64,000 nucleotides of DNA, from contig CAWIPU010000003.1 in assembly GCA_963838115.1 (NCBI GenBank), positions 26,591 through 90,590 on the forward strand, read 5' to 3'. Shown piece by piece: positions 9,138 through 18,743 of the stretch; position 1 is the stretch's first letter; every line of letters starts with the position of its first letter. The DNA is from an uncultured Chloroflexia bacterium (GTDB taxonomy: Bacteria; Chloroflexota; Limnocylindria; Limnocylindrales; CSP1-4). The notes beneath the pieces were generated by a model, which worked only from the letters and a program-made list of their open reading frames with translations, had not been told where the DNA came from and did not search any database. The position numbers and the translations under genes are program-made.

Positions 9138-10424
9138 ATGATCGAACGATCAGGAAATCGCCGACGCGCCGGCTTTGCGCTCATCGGTAGTGCCATGCTG
9201 GTAGGTGCGCTGGTGGCGCCAGCGGCGGCGCAGGAGCCCAGCGGCAAGATCACCTATGCCATCTGGGGCGATCCATCCGAGCTCGCCAGCCAGATCGCTC
9301 TGGTCCAGGCTTTCGAGGCGGAGCATCCCGACATCGACGTGGAGGTCACGGTCTCGGACTGGGATGCCTATTGGACCGGGCTCCAAACCAGCATCGCCGG
9401 CGGCGATGCACCCGACGTCTTCGCCATGGATGGCCCCATATTCCCCGACTACCAGTCCCGTGGCGTGCTGCTCGACCTGCAACCGTACATCGCCGCCGAT
9501 GGCTTTGATGTCTCCGCCCTCGCCGACGCCGGAGTGGCCCACTTCACCACCACCGACGGCGGTCAATACGGCCTGCCTCGCGATCTCAACGTGGTCCCGC
9601 TCTTCTACAACAAGACGATGTTCGATGCCGCCGGCATCCCTTATCCGGACGAGACCTGGGACTGGAACAAGCTGGTCGAGGTGGGGCAGCAGCTGACCAT
9701 CGACGAGAACGGGGACGGCCTGCCCGAGCAGTGGGGTTTCTATACCGAGACCACCGACATGGAGAACTTCTGGAGCGAAGCCGTCTGGCAGAACGGTGGT
9801 GAGATCATCTCCGATGATCGCACCCAGACGCTGCTGGGCAGCGACGAAGCGGTGGGCGGCTTGCAGTTCCTGCAGGACCTGATCTACAAGTACAAGATCA
9901 TGGCTACGCCCGACCTGTTCGCCGAGACTGGCGATGCCTTCGAGCAGGGCCTGGCCGCGATGGAAGCCAATGGTTCGTGGCTCGTGCCCACGCACACGGC
10001 CGCCGGCATCGACTTCGGCATCGCACCCTTGCCGGCCGGTACAGCAGGGCATGCCACCAGCCTCAACCCCACCGGGGCAGTCGTCTCGGCGAGCTCCAGG
10101 AACCCCGATGCTGCGTGGGAGTTCGTCAAGTGGCTGGTGGGTCCTGAGGCCCAGGAGATGCTGATGCAGGGGAAGGTCGCGCTACCGGTCGACAAGTCGG
10201 TCCTCGAGGGTAGCTACGCATCCGCGTTCGAAGGCTCGGACGTGATGGCGGCCATGCTCGAGCATGCTCACTTGAAGCCGTCGTTCGCGGGCTACTCGGA
10301 ATGGAGCACCATCCTCCAGAACGAGCTGGATACCAACCTGTTCAATGCCCCCAACAAGACCGCCCGCGAGGCGATCGATTCGGTCATCGGACAGCTTGAC
10401 GAGATCCTGGCTGCACAGCAGTAG
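9138..10424 (+). CDS. Sugar ABC transporter substrate-binding protein
   Basis: AGGAGG RBS; signal peptide ending AAA-QE; 'APDVF', 'LFYNKTMFDAAG'. Confidence 0.92.
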   Translation: MIERSGNRRRAGFALIGSAMLVGALVAPAAAQEPSGKITYAIWGDPSELASQIALVQAFEAEHPDIDVEVTVSDWDAYWTGLQTSIAGGDAPDVFAMDGPIFPDYQSRGVLLDLQPYIAADGFDVSALADAGVAHFTTTDGGQYGLPRDLNVVPLFYNKTMFDAAGIPYPDETWDWNKLVEVGQQLTIDENGDGLPEQWGFYTETTDMENFWSEAVWQNGGEIISDDRTQTLLGSDEAVGGLQFLQDLIYKYKIMATPDLFAETGDAFEQGLAAMEANGSWLVPTHTAAGIDFGIAPLPAGTAGHATSLNPTGAVVSASSRNPDAAWEFVKWLVGPEAQEMLMQGKVALPVDKSVLEGSYASAFEGSDVMAAMLEHAHLKPSFAGYSEWSTILQNELDTNLFNAPNKTAREAIDSVIGQLDEILAAQQ

Positions 10425-10493
10425 CCGGGATCGGAAGACCTCGGCCATGGCGCTGGTTCCCTCCGTCGCCGTGGCCACAGCCGTGAGCCGATC

Positions 10494-11468
10494 GTGAGGA
10501 TCTCCGGCAGTCCCGTGGTGGAGGGTACCTCCACCGGACAGGGCGCCCAGGGAGTTGGTTCGCCCCTCGAGGGGCGAACCAACAGTTCGCGCAGCCCTCT
10601 ACATGGGGAGAGTCGCTGGGCCTGGCTCTTCCTGGCTCCCACCATCCTGGGCCTGGCGGTCCTCTCAGCGGGACCCATCCTTGCCACGCTGGGGATCAGC
10701 CTGACCGACTGGGACCTGTTGACCCCGCCGCAGTGGGTGGGTCTCGACAACTTCACGGCGCTCGCCGAGAGCCCGCGCTTCTGGAAGGCGATGCAGAACA
10801 CCGCCTTCTACACGCTGCTCTCCGTGCCCGTCGGCATGCTCATCGCCCTGGCCATCGCCCTCGGTCTGGACCAGGCCATCCGCGGGATCGCCTGGATCCG
10901 CACCATGTACTTCCTGCCCTTGGTGACCTCGGCGGTGGCCGTGGGCCTGGTGTGGCTCTGGATCTACTCGCCCCAGGGCGGACTGCTCAACGCGCTGACC
11001 GGCATCTTCGGTGTTCCGCCCCAGCGCTGGGTATCCGATCCCTTCTGGGCCATGCCGGCCATCATCGTGATGAGCATCTGGCAGGGCCTGGGTGTCAACA
11101 TCATCATCTTCCTGGCCGGTCTGCAGGCGATCCCACGGGAGTACTACGACGCTTCCGACGTGGACGGCGCCGGCCGTTGGGGGCGCTTCCGCAACGTGAC
11201 GCTGCCGCTGCTGACTCCGAGCATCTTCTTCACCGGCATCCTGAGCTTCATCGGTGCCATGCAAGTGTTCGACCAGGTCTACATCCTGGCGCGACCGGGA
11301 CCACCCACCGAAGCCACCATCACCCTGGTCTACTTCATCTACGAGGAAGGCTTCCGCTTCTTCCGCATGGGCCAGGCCAGCGCCGCGGCCTGGGTGCTGT
11401 TCGTCGTCGCCGCCACGTTGACGTACTTCTACTTTCGTCTGCAACGCCGCTGGGTGCACTACCAGTGA
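10494..11468 (+). CDS. Carbohydrate ABC transporter permease
   Basis: 'LAGLQAIPREYYDASDVDGA' EAA loop; start uncertain. Confidence 0.9.
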   Translation: MRISGSPVVEGTSTGQGAQGVGSPLEGRTNSSRSPLHGESRWAWLFLAPTILGLAVLSAGPILATLGISLTDWDLLTPPQWVGLDNFTALAESPRFWKAMQNTAFYTLLSVPVGMLIALAIALGLDQAIRGIAWIRTMYFLPLVTSAVAVGLVWLWIYSPQGGLLNALTGIFGVPPQRWVSDPFWAMPAIIVMSIWQGLGVNIIIFLAGLQAIPREYYDASDVDGAGRWGRFRNVTLPLLTPSIFFTGILSFIGAMQVFDQVYILARPGPPTEATITLVYFIYEEGFRFFRMGQASAAAWVLFVVAATLTYFYFRLQRRWVHYQ

Positions 11469-12385
11469 GGGCGACGTCAGCCGCGGGGATCGACGCCAGG
11501 CGCCCGCGCTCTGACCGCTCGGTGATGGCCCGCAAGCGCCTTCGCCTGCTCTGGCTCTACCTGATCCTCATCGTCGGTGGCGTGATCATGCTGGTGCCCT
11601 TCGTCTGGATGATCACGACCTCGCTCAAGACCCGAGCCGAAGTCTTCAGCTCGCCCATGCTGTCCTTCCCCTCGGGCCTGCACTTCGAGAACTACGAGCG
11701 CATGTGGAATGCGCTCCCCGGGGTCACCTTCGGTGATTTCTTCCTGAACTCCTTCAAGATCGCGACCCTGAATACGGTCGGTATCCTGATCAGCTGTTCC
11801 CTCGCGGCCTTCGCCTTCGCGGTGTTGCGCTTCCGCGCCAAGGGTCTGCTGTTCGCCCTGGTCATGGCCACCCTGATCATCCCCTTCCAGGTGGTGCTGG
11901 TTCCCAACTTCATCCTCTACCGCACGCTGCCCGACCCCTTCAGTGACAGCGGCAACTTCATCGGGACCCAGGAGCCGCTCTGGATCGGTGCCTTCCTGGG
12001 CGGCGCTTTCGGCATCTTCCTGATCCGCCAGTTCTTCCTGACCATCCCACGCGAGTTGCCCGACGCGGCCCGGGTCGACGGGGCTAGCCCCTGGGGCATC
12101 TTCCGGCACATCTACCTGCCGCTGGCCAAGCCGGTCCTGGCGACCCTCGCCATCTTCACCTTCATGTGGAGCTGGAACGACCTCATCAACCCGCTCATCT
12201 ACCTGCGCGACCTGCCCGACTACACCACCACCGTGGGCCTGGCGTTCTTCCAGGGCCAGTACGTCGGCAAGTGGCCAGAGATGATGGCCGGCACCGTCGT
12301 CAGCATCATCCCCATGGTGCTGCTCTTCGTCATCGCTCAGCAGTATTTCGTGCGCGGGATCGCCATCAGCGGGCTGAAGGGCTAG
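11465..12385 (+). CDS. Carbohydrate ABC transporter permease
   Basis: GTGA overlap with upstream stop; 'RQFFLTIPRELPDAARVDGA', 'WSWNDL'; true gene is the C-terminal part of ORF 10733..12385. Confidence 0.9.
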   Translation: MRATSAAGIDARRPRSDRSVMARKRLRLLWLYLILIVGGVIMLVPFVWMITTSLKTRAEVFSSPMLSFPSGLHFENYERMWNALPGVTFGDFFLNSFKIATLNTVGILISCSLAAFAFAVLRFRAKGLLFALVMATLIIPFQVVLVPNFILYRTLPDPFSDSGNFIGTQEPLWIGAFLGGAFGIFLIRQFFLTIPRELPDAARVDGASPWGIFRHIYLPLAKPVLATLAIFTFMWSWNDLINPLIYLRDLPDYTTTVGLAFFQGQYVGKWPEMMAGTVVSIIPMVLLFVIAQQYFVRGIAISGLKG

Positions 12386-12437
12386 GGATGGCTCTCACGC
12401 GGCGGGCGACCCCAGGTGTGTCCACGAGGAGGAGACC

Positions 12438-13166
12438 ATGATGGACGAGGCTCAGGGCCTGCCCTTGTATCGACGTATCCAGACGGACCTGCGTGACCGC
12501 ATCCAGAGTGGCGAGTTGGCGCCGGGCGGCCAACTGGAGACCGAGCAGGAGCTCATGTCGCGTTACGGGGTCAGCCGTGCCACCGTGCGGCAAGCGCTGG
12601 CTGGTCTGGTGGCCGAGGGACAGGTAGAGATTCGGCGTGGCCTGGGGACCTACGTGCGCAAGGCCGCGCTGGAGCACCGACTGGGCGGTTTCTATAGCTA
12701 CAGCCGGGAGATCGAGAGCCATGGCATGAAGCCGGGAACTCGCGTGCGAAGCCTGCGCGTGGAGAAGGCGGATGAGCACGTGGCCGCCGCACTGGAAGTC
12801 TCACGCGGCGCTGCAGTGGTGGCCCTGCGCCGGATCCGTCTGGCCGACGAGGAGCCCATCGTGACCGAGACCAGCTACTTGCCGGCAGCACGCTTCGCCG
12901 GACTGGAGCAGGTCGATTTCACCCGTCGCCGGCTCTACGACACGCTGACGATCACCTACGGAGTGCGACCCACGCGTGCTCGGGAGGCCTTCCAGCCCAT
13001 CCTGATGAACGATGATGAGGCCGAGGCACTCGGTGGTGTGACTGGCAGCCCCGCACTGCAGGTCGAGCGCACGACCTACGACGCCGACGGCCTGATCATC
13101 GAATTCTGCCAATCCATCCTGCGCGCCGACCGCTATCGCTATTCGGTAGAGCTGCGCGAAGCCTGA
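12438..13166 (+). CDS. GntR-family regulator, HutC/UTRA subfamily
   Basis: 'ETEQELMSRYGVSRATVRQAL...RRGLGTYV' wHTH plus UTRA domain. Confidence 0.93.
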   Translation: MMDEAQGLPLYRRIQTDLRDRIQSGELAPGGQLETEQELMSRYGVSRATVRQALAGLVAEGQVEIRRGLGTYVRKAALEHRLGGFYSYSREIESHGMKPGTRVRSLRVEKADEHVAAALEVSRGAAVVALRRIRLADEEPIVTETSYLPAARFAGLEQVDFTRRRLYDTLTITYGVRPTRAREAFQPILMNDDEAEALGGVTGSPALQVERTTYDADGLIIEFCQSILRADRYRYSVELREA

Positions 13167-13188
13167 CCAGTCACAAGGAGCAGCTGCT

Positions 13189-14244
13189 ATGACCGCGCCC
13201 CAGTCACTCACCGCCGCCGACGTCCGAACGCGCGTCGAGTCCACCACGGGTTGGCGAGAAGCCAGCACCGGTGGCGAGGCCATCGCCGCCGCCCTCGAAG
13301 TGGCTCGCTCAGCGTCGCAGGACATCGTCGACCGTCTCGACGGTGCCGCGCGCATCGTCATCACCGGTGCCGGATCTTCGTTCTACATCGCACAGGTGGC
13401 GGCCTTCGCCATGCGAGCCCACGGGCAGCTGCCCGCTGAAGCACAGCCGCTCTCGGAAGTCCTGCTGCGACCGGACGCGGTCTTCGCCGGGCCGGCCCTG
13501 GCCGACCAGCCGGTCATCGTGGTCTCGCGCTCCGGCTCCACCACCGAGGCGTTGGAGGTCATCAAGGCTGCCCGCGATCGCGGGCAGTACGCCCTGGCGG
13601 TCACCTGCCGTCCCGAGTCGCCTATCGCGGGCCTGGCGGACACAACGCTGGCCGTGCCGGAAGGGGACGAGGAAGCCATCGTGATGACGCGCTCATTCGC
13701 CTCCCAGACCGCGCTGCTCATGCGCCTGGCTGCGCGCCTTGGCGCCGACGCCTTCGCCGCCGATCTCGATGCCATCCCATCGCGCTGGGAGGGGCTGGCG
13801 CCCTATATCGAGCGGGCCTTCGAGCTGGCCGCTGCCAACCCGTCGCGGCTGGTGGTGCTTGGTGGCGGCGCCGCCTTCGGTCTCGCCAATGAAGCGGTGC
13901 TGAAGGCGACCGAGACGGGGCAGGTGCCGGCCTCCGCGTTCCATCCCTACGAGTTCCGCCACGGGCCCATCTCGGTATGCGAGCCGGGCATGCTGGTGGT
14001 CGGCATCCTCGGTGGCGAGACCGAGGAGGATGAGCGACGTGTGGTCGATGAGTCCGCGGCGCTGGGCGCCACGACATGGGCGCTGGGTCCCGACGGACCG
14101 GCTGCCGATCTCGATGAGATCGCCCGACTGCCGCTCGTCCTGCACGTCCTGCAGGCGCTGGCGCTGGGCATCGCCGTCCGCCGCGGCTGCGACCCTGAAG
14201 AGCCCCGGCACCTGGGCCAGGTTGTCGTCCTCGACCGCGTGTAG
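13189..14244 (+). CDS. SIS-domain sugar-phosphate isomerase/deaminase (AgaS / GlmS C-terminal-like)
   Basis: GAGSS, SRSGSTTE, 'EEAIVMTRSF', 'EFRHGP'. Confidence 0.88.
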   Translation: MTAPQSLTAADVRTRVESTTGWREASTGGEAIAAALEVARSASQDIVDRLDGAARIVITGAGSSFYIAQVAAFAMRAHGQLPAEAQPLSEVLLRPDAVFAGPALADQPVIVVSRSGSTTEALEVIKAARDRGQYALAVTCRPESPIAGLADTTLAVPEGDEEAIVMTRSFASQTALLMRLAARLGADAFAADLDAIPSRWEGLAPYIERAFELAAANPSRLVVLGGGAAFGLANEAVLKATETGQVPASAFHPYEFRHGPISVCEPGMLVVGILGGETEEDERRVVDESAALGATTWALGPDGPAADLDEIARLPLVLHVLQALALGIAVRRGCDPEEPRHLGQVVVLDRV

Positions 14245-14246
14245 CG

Positions 14247-14657
14247 TTGCCACGCATGCTTCGCTTCGATCTCTCGACGAGCCGGCACACGCAGGCTATC
14301 GACGTGACGCACCTCTTCGCCTCCCGTGCCTGGCCCGACGGCCTGCTGCTGGCGTCGGTCGAGCACACCACGGCGGCCATCTTCCTTGGCGAATCGGGCT
14401 CGGAGATGTTCGCCGACTACGAGCGGGTGGCGGCCGGCCTCGTCGAGTCCTATGGACCGTGGCAGCACGAGACATGGAACCCCGGGAATGCCCAGTCGCA
14501 CGTGCTCTCGAGCTTCATCGGTGGTCAGCTGTTGCTGCCCATCACGAACGGACGGCTGGACGTAGGCACCTGGCAGCGCGTCGTCTTCCTTGAGCTCGAC
14601 GGTCCGCGGCAACGGCACGTCGCGGTGATGAGCCTAGCTACGCAGTCAACGGAGTAG
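14247..14657 (+). CDS. YjbQ/UPF0047 family protein
   Basis: HTTA, GNAQSH, GTWQ...ELDGPR motifs; start may be ATG 14256. Confidence 0.88.
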   Translation: MPRMLRFDLSTSRHTQAIDVTHLFASRAWPDGLLLASVEHTTAAIFLGESGSEMFADYERVAAGLVESYGPWQHETWNPGNAQSHVLSSFIGGQLLLPITNGRLDVGTWQRVVFLELDGPRQRHVAVMSLATQSTE

Positions 14658-14670
14658 CCATCCAGATTAC

Positions 14671-15021
14671 CTAGCGGGAGATGCCGCCGAGGTACTCGTA
14701 GTGGGCTGTCTCGATGTCTGCCAGCTCTGCCCAGAGATCCGCATTGACGTCGCCCATGACCGAGATGCGCAGGTTCTCCGTGTTGGAGAACAGCGCCGGC
14801 ACCAGGTCGGCCACGTTGCGATTGTGGAAGACGAACGCGTCGGCATCCTTGAACACCTCCACGTTGACGTTCCTGGTGCCGTCGGCGGCGAGGAAGTAGT
14901 CGTAGCGCAGGGTGTCAGGCTCCTCCTGCGTCTTGGCGAAGAGTGCCGCGGCAGCAGCCTTGAACGCATCGAGGTGGCCGGGTTTGATGTCGAACTCGAC
15001 GAAGAGCGTGGTGGTGGCCAT
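14671..15021 (-). CDS. ABM-like (putative quinol monooxygenase) protein
   Basis: 'EFDIKPG...EEPDTLRYDYF' dimeric alpha/beta barrel pattern; GGAGG RBS. Confidence 0.75.
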   Translation of the reverse strand: MATTTLFVEFDIKPGHLDAFKAAAAALFAKTQEEPDTLRYDYFLAADGTRNVNVEVFKDADAFVFHNRNVADLVPALFSNTENLRISVMGDVNADLWAELADIETAHYEYLGGISR

Positions 15022-15044
15022 GGGTGTTCCCTCCAGTGTGTGCG

Positions 15045-15866
15045 CTAGCGGTCGGTGGCGCGGCGTTGGCGCCGGGCCTCGTAGAAGAGTACGGCCGCAC
15101 TGGCCGAGACATTCAGGCTATCGGCGAGGCCCAGCATGGGGATGCTCAGCGGCGTCACGCCGTCGCCCGACCAGGCTTCGCTGAGGCCCGCCGTCTCGGC
15201 GCCCACCACGAGCGCGATCGGTTCGGTGAGGTCGACCGAGTCGTACTCGAGCGCGGCTTCGACGCGGGCGGTCAGGACGCCGATGCCGTGCTGGCGCAGA
15301 AAGGCCAGGGCTTGGGCCGATGTGCAGGCCGCAAGGGGCAAGCTGAAGATGGTGCCCAGGCTGGCACGGATGGCGTTGGGGTTCCAGATGTCTGACACCG
15401 CGTCGGCCACGATGACCGCGTCCACGCCGGCGCCGTCGGCTGAACGCAGCAGCGCTCCCAGGTTGCCCGGCTTCTCCACCTGCTCGACGACCGCGATAAG
15501 GGGTCGCTCCGGCAGCGGGTCCGCGAGCCGCGCCAGGTCGGTCGGTGGCATCTGGAATACCGCTACGATGCCCTCGTCGCGCTCTCCGTAGGCCAGGCGC
15601 GCCAGCAGTTCTGGTGTGGCCTCGATCAGCTCTCCGCTGCTGGCCAGCCTGGGCAGCAGCGCCCTGGCAACGTCACTGCGGACGCGGTCGATGGCGACCC
15701 AGGCTTCGATGAGCGGGACGCCGGCGTCGAGGGCGCGGCCGATCTCCCGGGCACCATCGACAAGGATGTGGCCGCGCGCGCGGCGCTCTCGTGCGTCGCG
15801 TAGCGAATGGGCGGCCTTGAAGCGAGGGTTCTGGCGGCTGCTGACGTCAGGTTCCGACGGTGTCAT
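15045..15866 (-). CDS. TrmH/SpoU family RNA methyltransferase
   Basis: 'EKPGNLGALLRSA', 'GAETAGLS', 'IPMLGLADSLNVS'. Confidence 0.93.
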   Translation of the reverse strand: MTPSEPDVSSRQNPRFKAAHSLRDARERRARGHILVDGAREIGRALDAGVPLIEAWVAIDRVRSDVARALLPRLASSGELIEATPELLARLAYGERDEGIVAVFQMPPTDLARLADPLPERPLIAVVEQVEKPGNLGALLRSADGAGVDAVIVADAVSDIWNPNAIRASLGTIFSLPLAACTSAQALAFLRQHGIGVLTARVEAALEYDSVDLTEPIALVVGAETAGLSEAWSGDGVTPLSIPMLGLADSLNVSASAAVLFYEARRQRRATDR

Positions 15867-15902
15867 CGGGGGCTGGACGGTGTCATGCGCGCCTCGGCGG
15901 TG

Positions 15903-16361
15903 TCATCCGGGCTTGCCCGCCTGTGACGACTCTTCGAACGCCTTCGTGAGTTGCTCGGTCAGCTCGTCTGACCAGTCGGCCCCGAACACGCGGAAGGTGG
16001 GGATGTCGAAGCGACGGATCTGCGAATCGGGGTGGGCCGCCGCGTACTCGGCCATGCAGCGGTCGACTTCATCGATCGACTGTCCCCAGAACTTCTCACG
16101 GTACGCATGGATGTAGACATCGCGCGGTATTTCCTCGTCGGGCATGCGTGCCGTCAGGTAGGTGGAGTTGCCCACCAGGTCGGGATCATCGCAGGCAGTC
16201 TCCCCGGTCAGCGGCTGGCTGATGACGATGCCGCGGCGTGCGATCGACTGCACCACGTCGCGTTGGTCACCGGGGTCGAACGACGGCTCCGCCAGCGAGT
16301 AGCAGCCGCCGAGGAGCAAGGGCATCACCAGCAGCAGGATGGCTCGGGTCACAGACATCAC
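15903..16361 (-). CDS. Hypothetical lipoprotein
   Basis: Lipobox LLGGC; GC-biased codon usage; TAGGCT-N6-GTG start. Confidence 0.75.
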   Translation of the reverse strand: MMSVTRAILLLVMPLLLGGCYSLAEPSFDPGDQRDVVQSIARRGIVISQPLTGETACDDPDLVGNSTYLTARMPDEEIPRDVYIHAYREKFWGQSIDEVDRCMAEYAAAHPDSQIRRFDIPTFRVFGADWSDELTEQLTKAFEESSQAGKPG

Positions 16362-16512
16362 CCCGCTAGCCTAGCCACAGCCGCACCATCGCGGTGTTTC
16401 GAGGTACGCCTCGACGGCGACCGTGGCGTCACCGGGAAGCTGTCCCGGGCTGTCCTGAGCCGTCGCGGGCCTCGTCTCGGCCCAATTCGCTTATCGTCGC
16501 TACCATTCCCGC

Positions 16513-17811
16513 GTGCCCAGACTCCGTCCATTCCGCGCATTGCGGTTCGACGCGTCCGTCGATGACCTCTCGGCGGTGCTCGCGCCGCCCTACGACATCA
16601 TCAGTCCCGCTGATCGTCTGGCGCTGCTCGATCGGGACCCGCACAACATCGTGCGGGTCGAGCTGCCGGCCGACCTCGGCACGGCGGGCGCGAACGACTA
16701 CGCAACGGCCGCAGCCACCCTCGCCGAGTGGCGCGAGGCTGGGGTCCTGGTCAAGGACGCTGAGCCGACCGTGACCATCCACGAGATGCGCTGGACCGAT
16801 GGCGGAGGTCGTGAAGGACGCGCGACCGGGCTCTTCTGCCGCCTCCGTCTCGAGGAGTACGGTCCTGACGGGGGTGTGCTGCCGCATGAGAAGACCCATG
16901 GCGGGCCCAAGGCCGATCGCTATGCGCTGCTCGAGGCCACACGCCTCAACAGCAGCCCGCTCGTCTTTCTGGCCGGGTCGGATCCGGCAGCGACCGCTGC
17001 GGCCCTGTTGGCGCTCACCGAGGGCGCGCCGGACGTTGAGGTGACGACCGCCGACGGGGTGCGTCACCGGCTCTGGATCCGTGACGCCGCCGCGGCCAAG
17101 CCGGTGCTGGACCTGATGTCGGGCGCGCCGCTGACGATCGCCGATGGACATCATCGCTACGAGACGGCGCTGAAGTACCGCGCCGACCACGCGGTCGATC
17201 CAGATGCCGTGGCTGATCCAGCTTGGGACTACCTGCTGGCGCTCATCTACCCACTCGACCAGTCTCCAGCGGCGCTGCCGACGCACCGCGTCATCCGCGG
17301 GTTTCCCTGCGGCGAGGATCTGCTGGTGCGAGTGACGTCGTTCGTGGCGGTCGAGCGGTTGCCGGACCTCGAGACGCTGTTGGTTCGCATGGCTGAGCCG
17401 GTCGAGTTCGAGTCGGGGGCGACCGGCACCGGCCGCATCGGCCTGTTCACGCGTGGCTTGGCAGCCATCCTGACCGTCGATCGTGCTGCGGTCGAGGCGA
17501 GCCTCGATGCGAGCCTCTCGGTCGGCTCCAGGGGGCTGGACGTCAACGCGCTCAGCGTGATCATCGAGCACGCCTATGGCGATGACGCTGCCACCATGGC
17601 GGCCGAGGGCCGGCTTTGGTACGTCAAGGACGCCACCATCGCGACCACACAGGTTGCTGGCGAGGAGGCATCTGCCGCCTTCCTGCTCCACGAGATGCCG
17701 CCAGCGGCCATCGCCTTGGTAGCCGGGGCCGGCGAGGTCATGCCGCAGAAGTCGACCTACTTCGACCCCAAGGCGCCGACCGGGCTCCTGCTCAGCCCAC
17801 TCGAATGGTAA
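16513..17811 (+). CDS. DUF1015 family protein (ParB/Srx-like)
   Basis: 'PPYDII', 'LPHEKT', 'IADGHHRYETA', 'MPQKSTYFDPK'. Confidence 0.88.
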   Translation: MPRLRPFRALRFDASVDDLSAVLAPPYDIISPADRLALLDRDPHNIVRVELPADLGTAGANDYATAAATLAEWREAGVLVKDAEPTVTIHEMRWTDGGGREGRATGLFCRLRLEEYGPDGGVLPHEKTHGGPKADRYALLEATRLNSSPLVFLAGSDPAATAAALLALTEGAPDVEVTTADGVRHRLWIRDAAAAKPVLDLMSGAPLTIADGHHRYETALKYRADHAVDPDAVADPAWDYLLALIYPLDQSPAALPTHRVIRGFPCGEDLLVRVTSFVAVERLPDLETLLVRMAEPVEFESGATGTGRIGLFTRGLAAILTVDRAAVEASLDASLSVGSRGLDVNALSVIIEHAYGDDAATMAAEGRLWYVKDATIATTQVAGEEASAAFLLHEMPPAAIALVAGAGEVMPQKSTYFDPKAPTGLLLSPLEW

Positions 17812-17846
17812 GAGAGCCGGCCTCGGGTAGAGGGGAGAGCTACAGG

Positions 17847-18743
17847 ATGGACCCAGACCTTCCGAAGGGAGCAGCTGCCATCGCCGGGAACGGGCGAGGT
17901 GGTGACCGAACGGATCTCGGTCGCCCGCCGGGCAAGCCCGTGCGTAAGGATGAGATCGTGCTCGAGGAGCGCGGGCTCTATGTCGAGTCCTGGCTGCCCG
18001 AGCGCCGATCACGCCGGCGACCGTTGTACTACCTCCACGGTGAGCTGGGCGGCTCCTGGCTGTGGGAGGCGTATCTGCGGTACTTCGCACAGCGCGGCTG
18101 GGAGGGGCATGCTCTCAACTTGCGGGCCCACTTCTGGTCGCAGACGGCACCCATCGAGGAACTCGACTTCGAGACGTATCTTGAAGATGCGGTGGCAGGC
18201 TTCGAGGCGCTCGAGCGTCCGGCCGTCATCGTCGGTCATGGCCTTGGCGGCCTGTTGGCGATGAAGCTGGCCCAATCCCACCAGATCGATGCGCTCATCC
18301 TCATCAGCCCGGCCATACCGGCGCCTCTGCGCCCGGTGCCGCCGTCACACGTCATCCGTCTGGTTCCGGCCTTCTACCAGGCCGAGCTCATCGACTGGGC
18401 CGGCGGTGACGAGCAGGTGCAACGACAGAACCCGGACCTGACGCTGGCCGACGTGCGTCGCATCCAGCACCTACTCGGCGCTGAGAGCGGTGCTGCCCGT
18501 CGGCAGATGCTGGCCGGTGTCTACATCGATCGAGACAAGCTGCCCGACGTACCCTCGCTCGTGGTCGGCGCTGGGCTGGACCGCCAGTTCGCCGAGGCCG
18601 ACTGCGCCCGATTGGCCGAGTGGCTGGGAGCGGAATACCAGCCCTTCGGAGCGCATTCACACTACGGTGCCGTGCTCGGCGAGGAGGCCTTCGTTCAGGT
18701 CGCCGACACCATCCGCTCGTTCCTGGAGCACCACCGCTTGTAG
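17847..18743 (+). CDS. Alpha/beta-hydrolase fold protein lacking the nucleophile Ser (GHGLGG)
   Basis: 'YLHG...SWLW', 'LNLRAH', 'IVGHGLGG', C-terminal 'HSHYG'. Confidence 0.8.
   Translation: MDPDLPKGAAAIAGNGRGGDRTDLGRPPGKPVRKDEIVLEERGLYVESWLPERRSRRRPLYYLHGELGGSWLWEAYLRYFAQRGWEGHALNLRAHFWSQTAPIEELDFETYLEDAVAGFEALERPAVIVGHGLGGLLAMKLAQSHQIDALILISPAIPAPLRPVPPSHVIRLVPAFYQAELIDWAGGDEQVQRQNPDLTLADVRRIQHLLGAESGAARRQMLAGVYIDRDKLPDVPSLVVGAGLDRQFAEADCARLAEWLGAEYQPFGAHSHYGAVLGEEAFVQVADTIRSFLEHHRL

Noticed and set aside
5645-14244. Sulfoglycolysis (sulfo-EMP) interpretation of the kinase/aldolase cluster
   Set aside because: No GH31 or GH188 sulfoquinovosidase, SQ isomerase or SLA reductase recognised; GH4 plus SIS fits galactoside or amino-sugar use better
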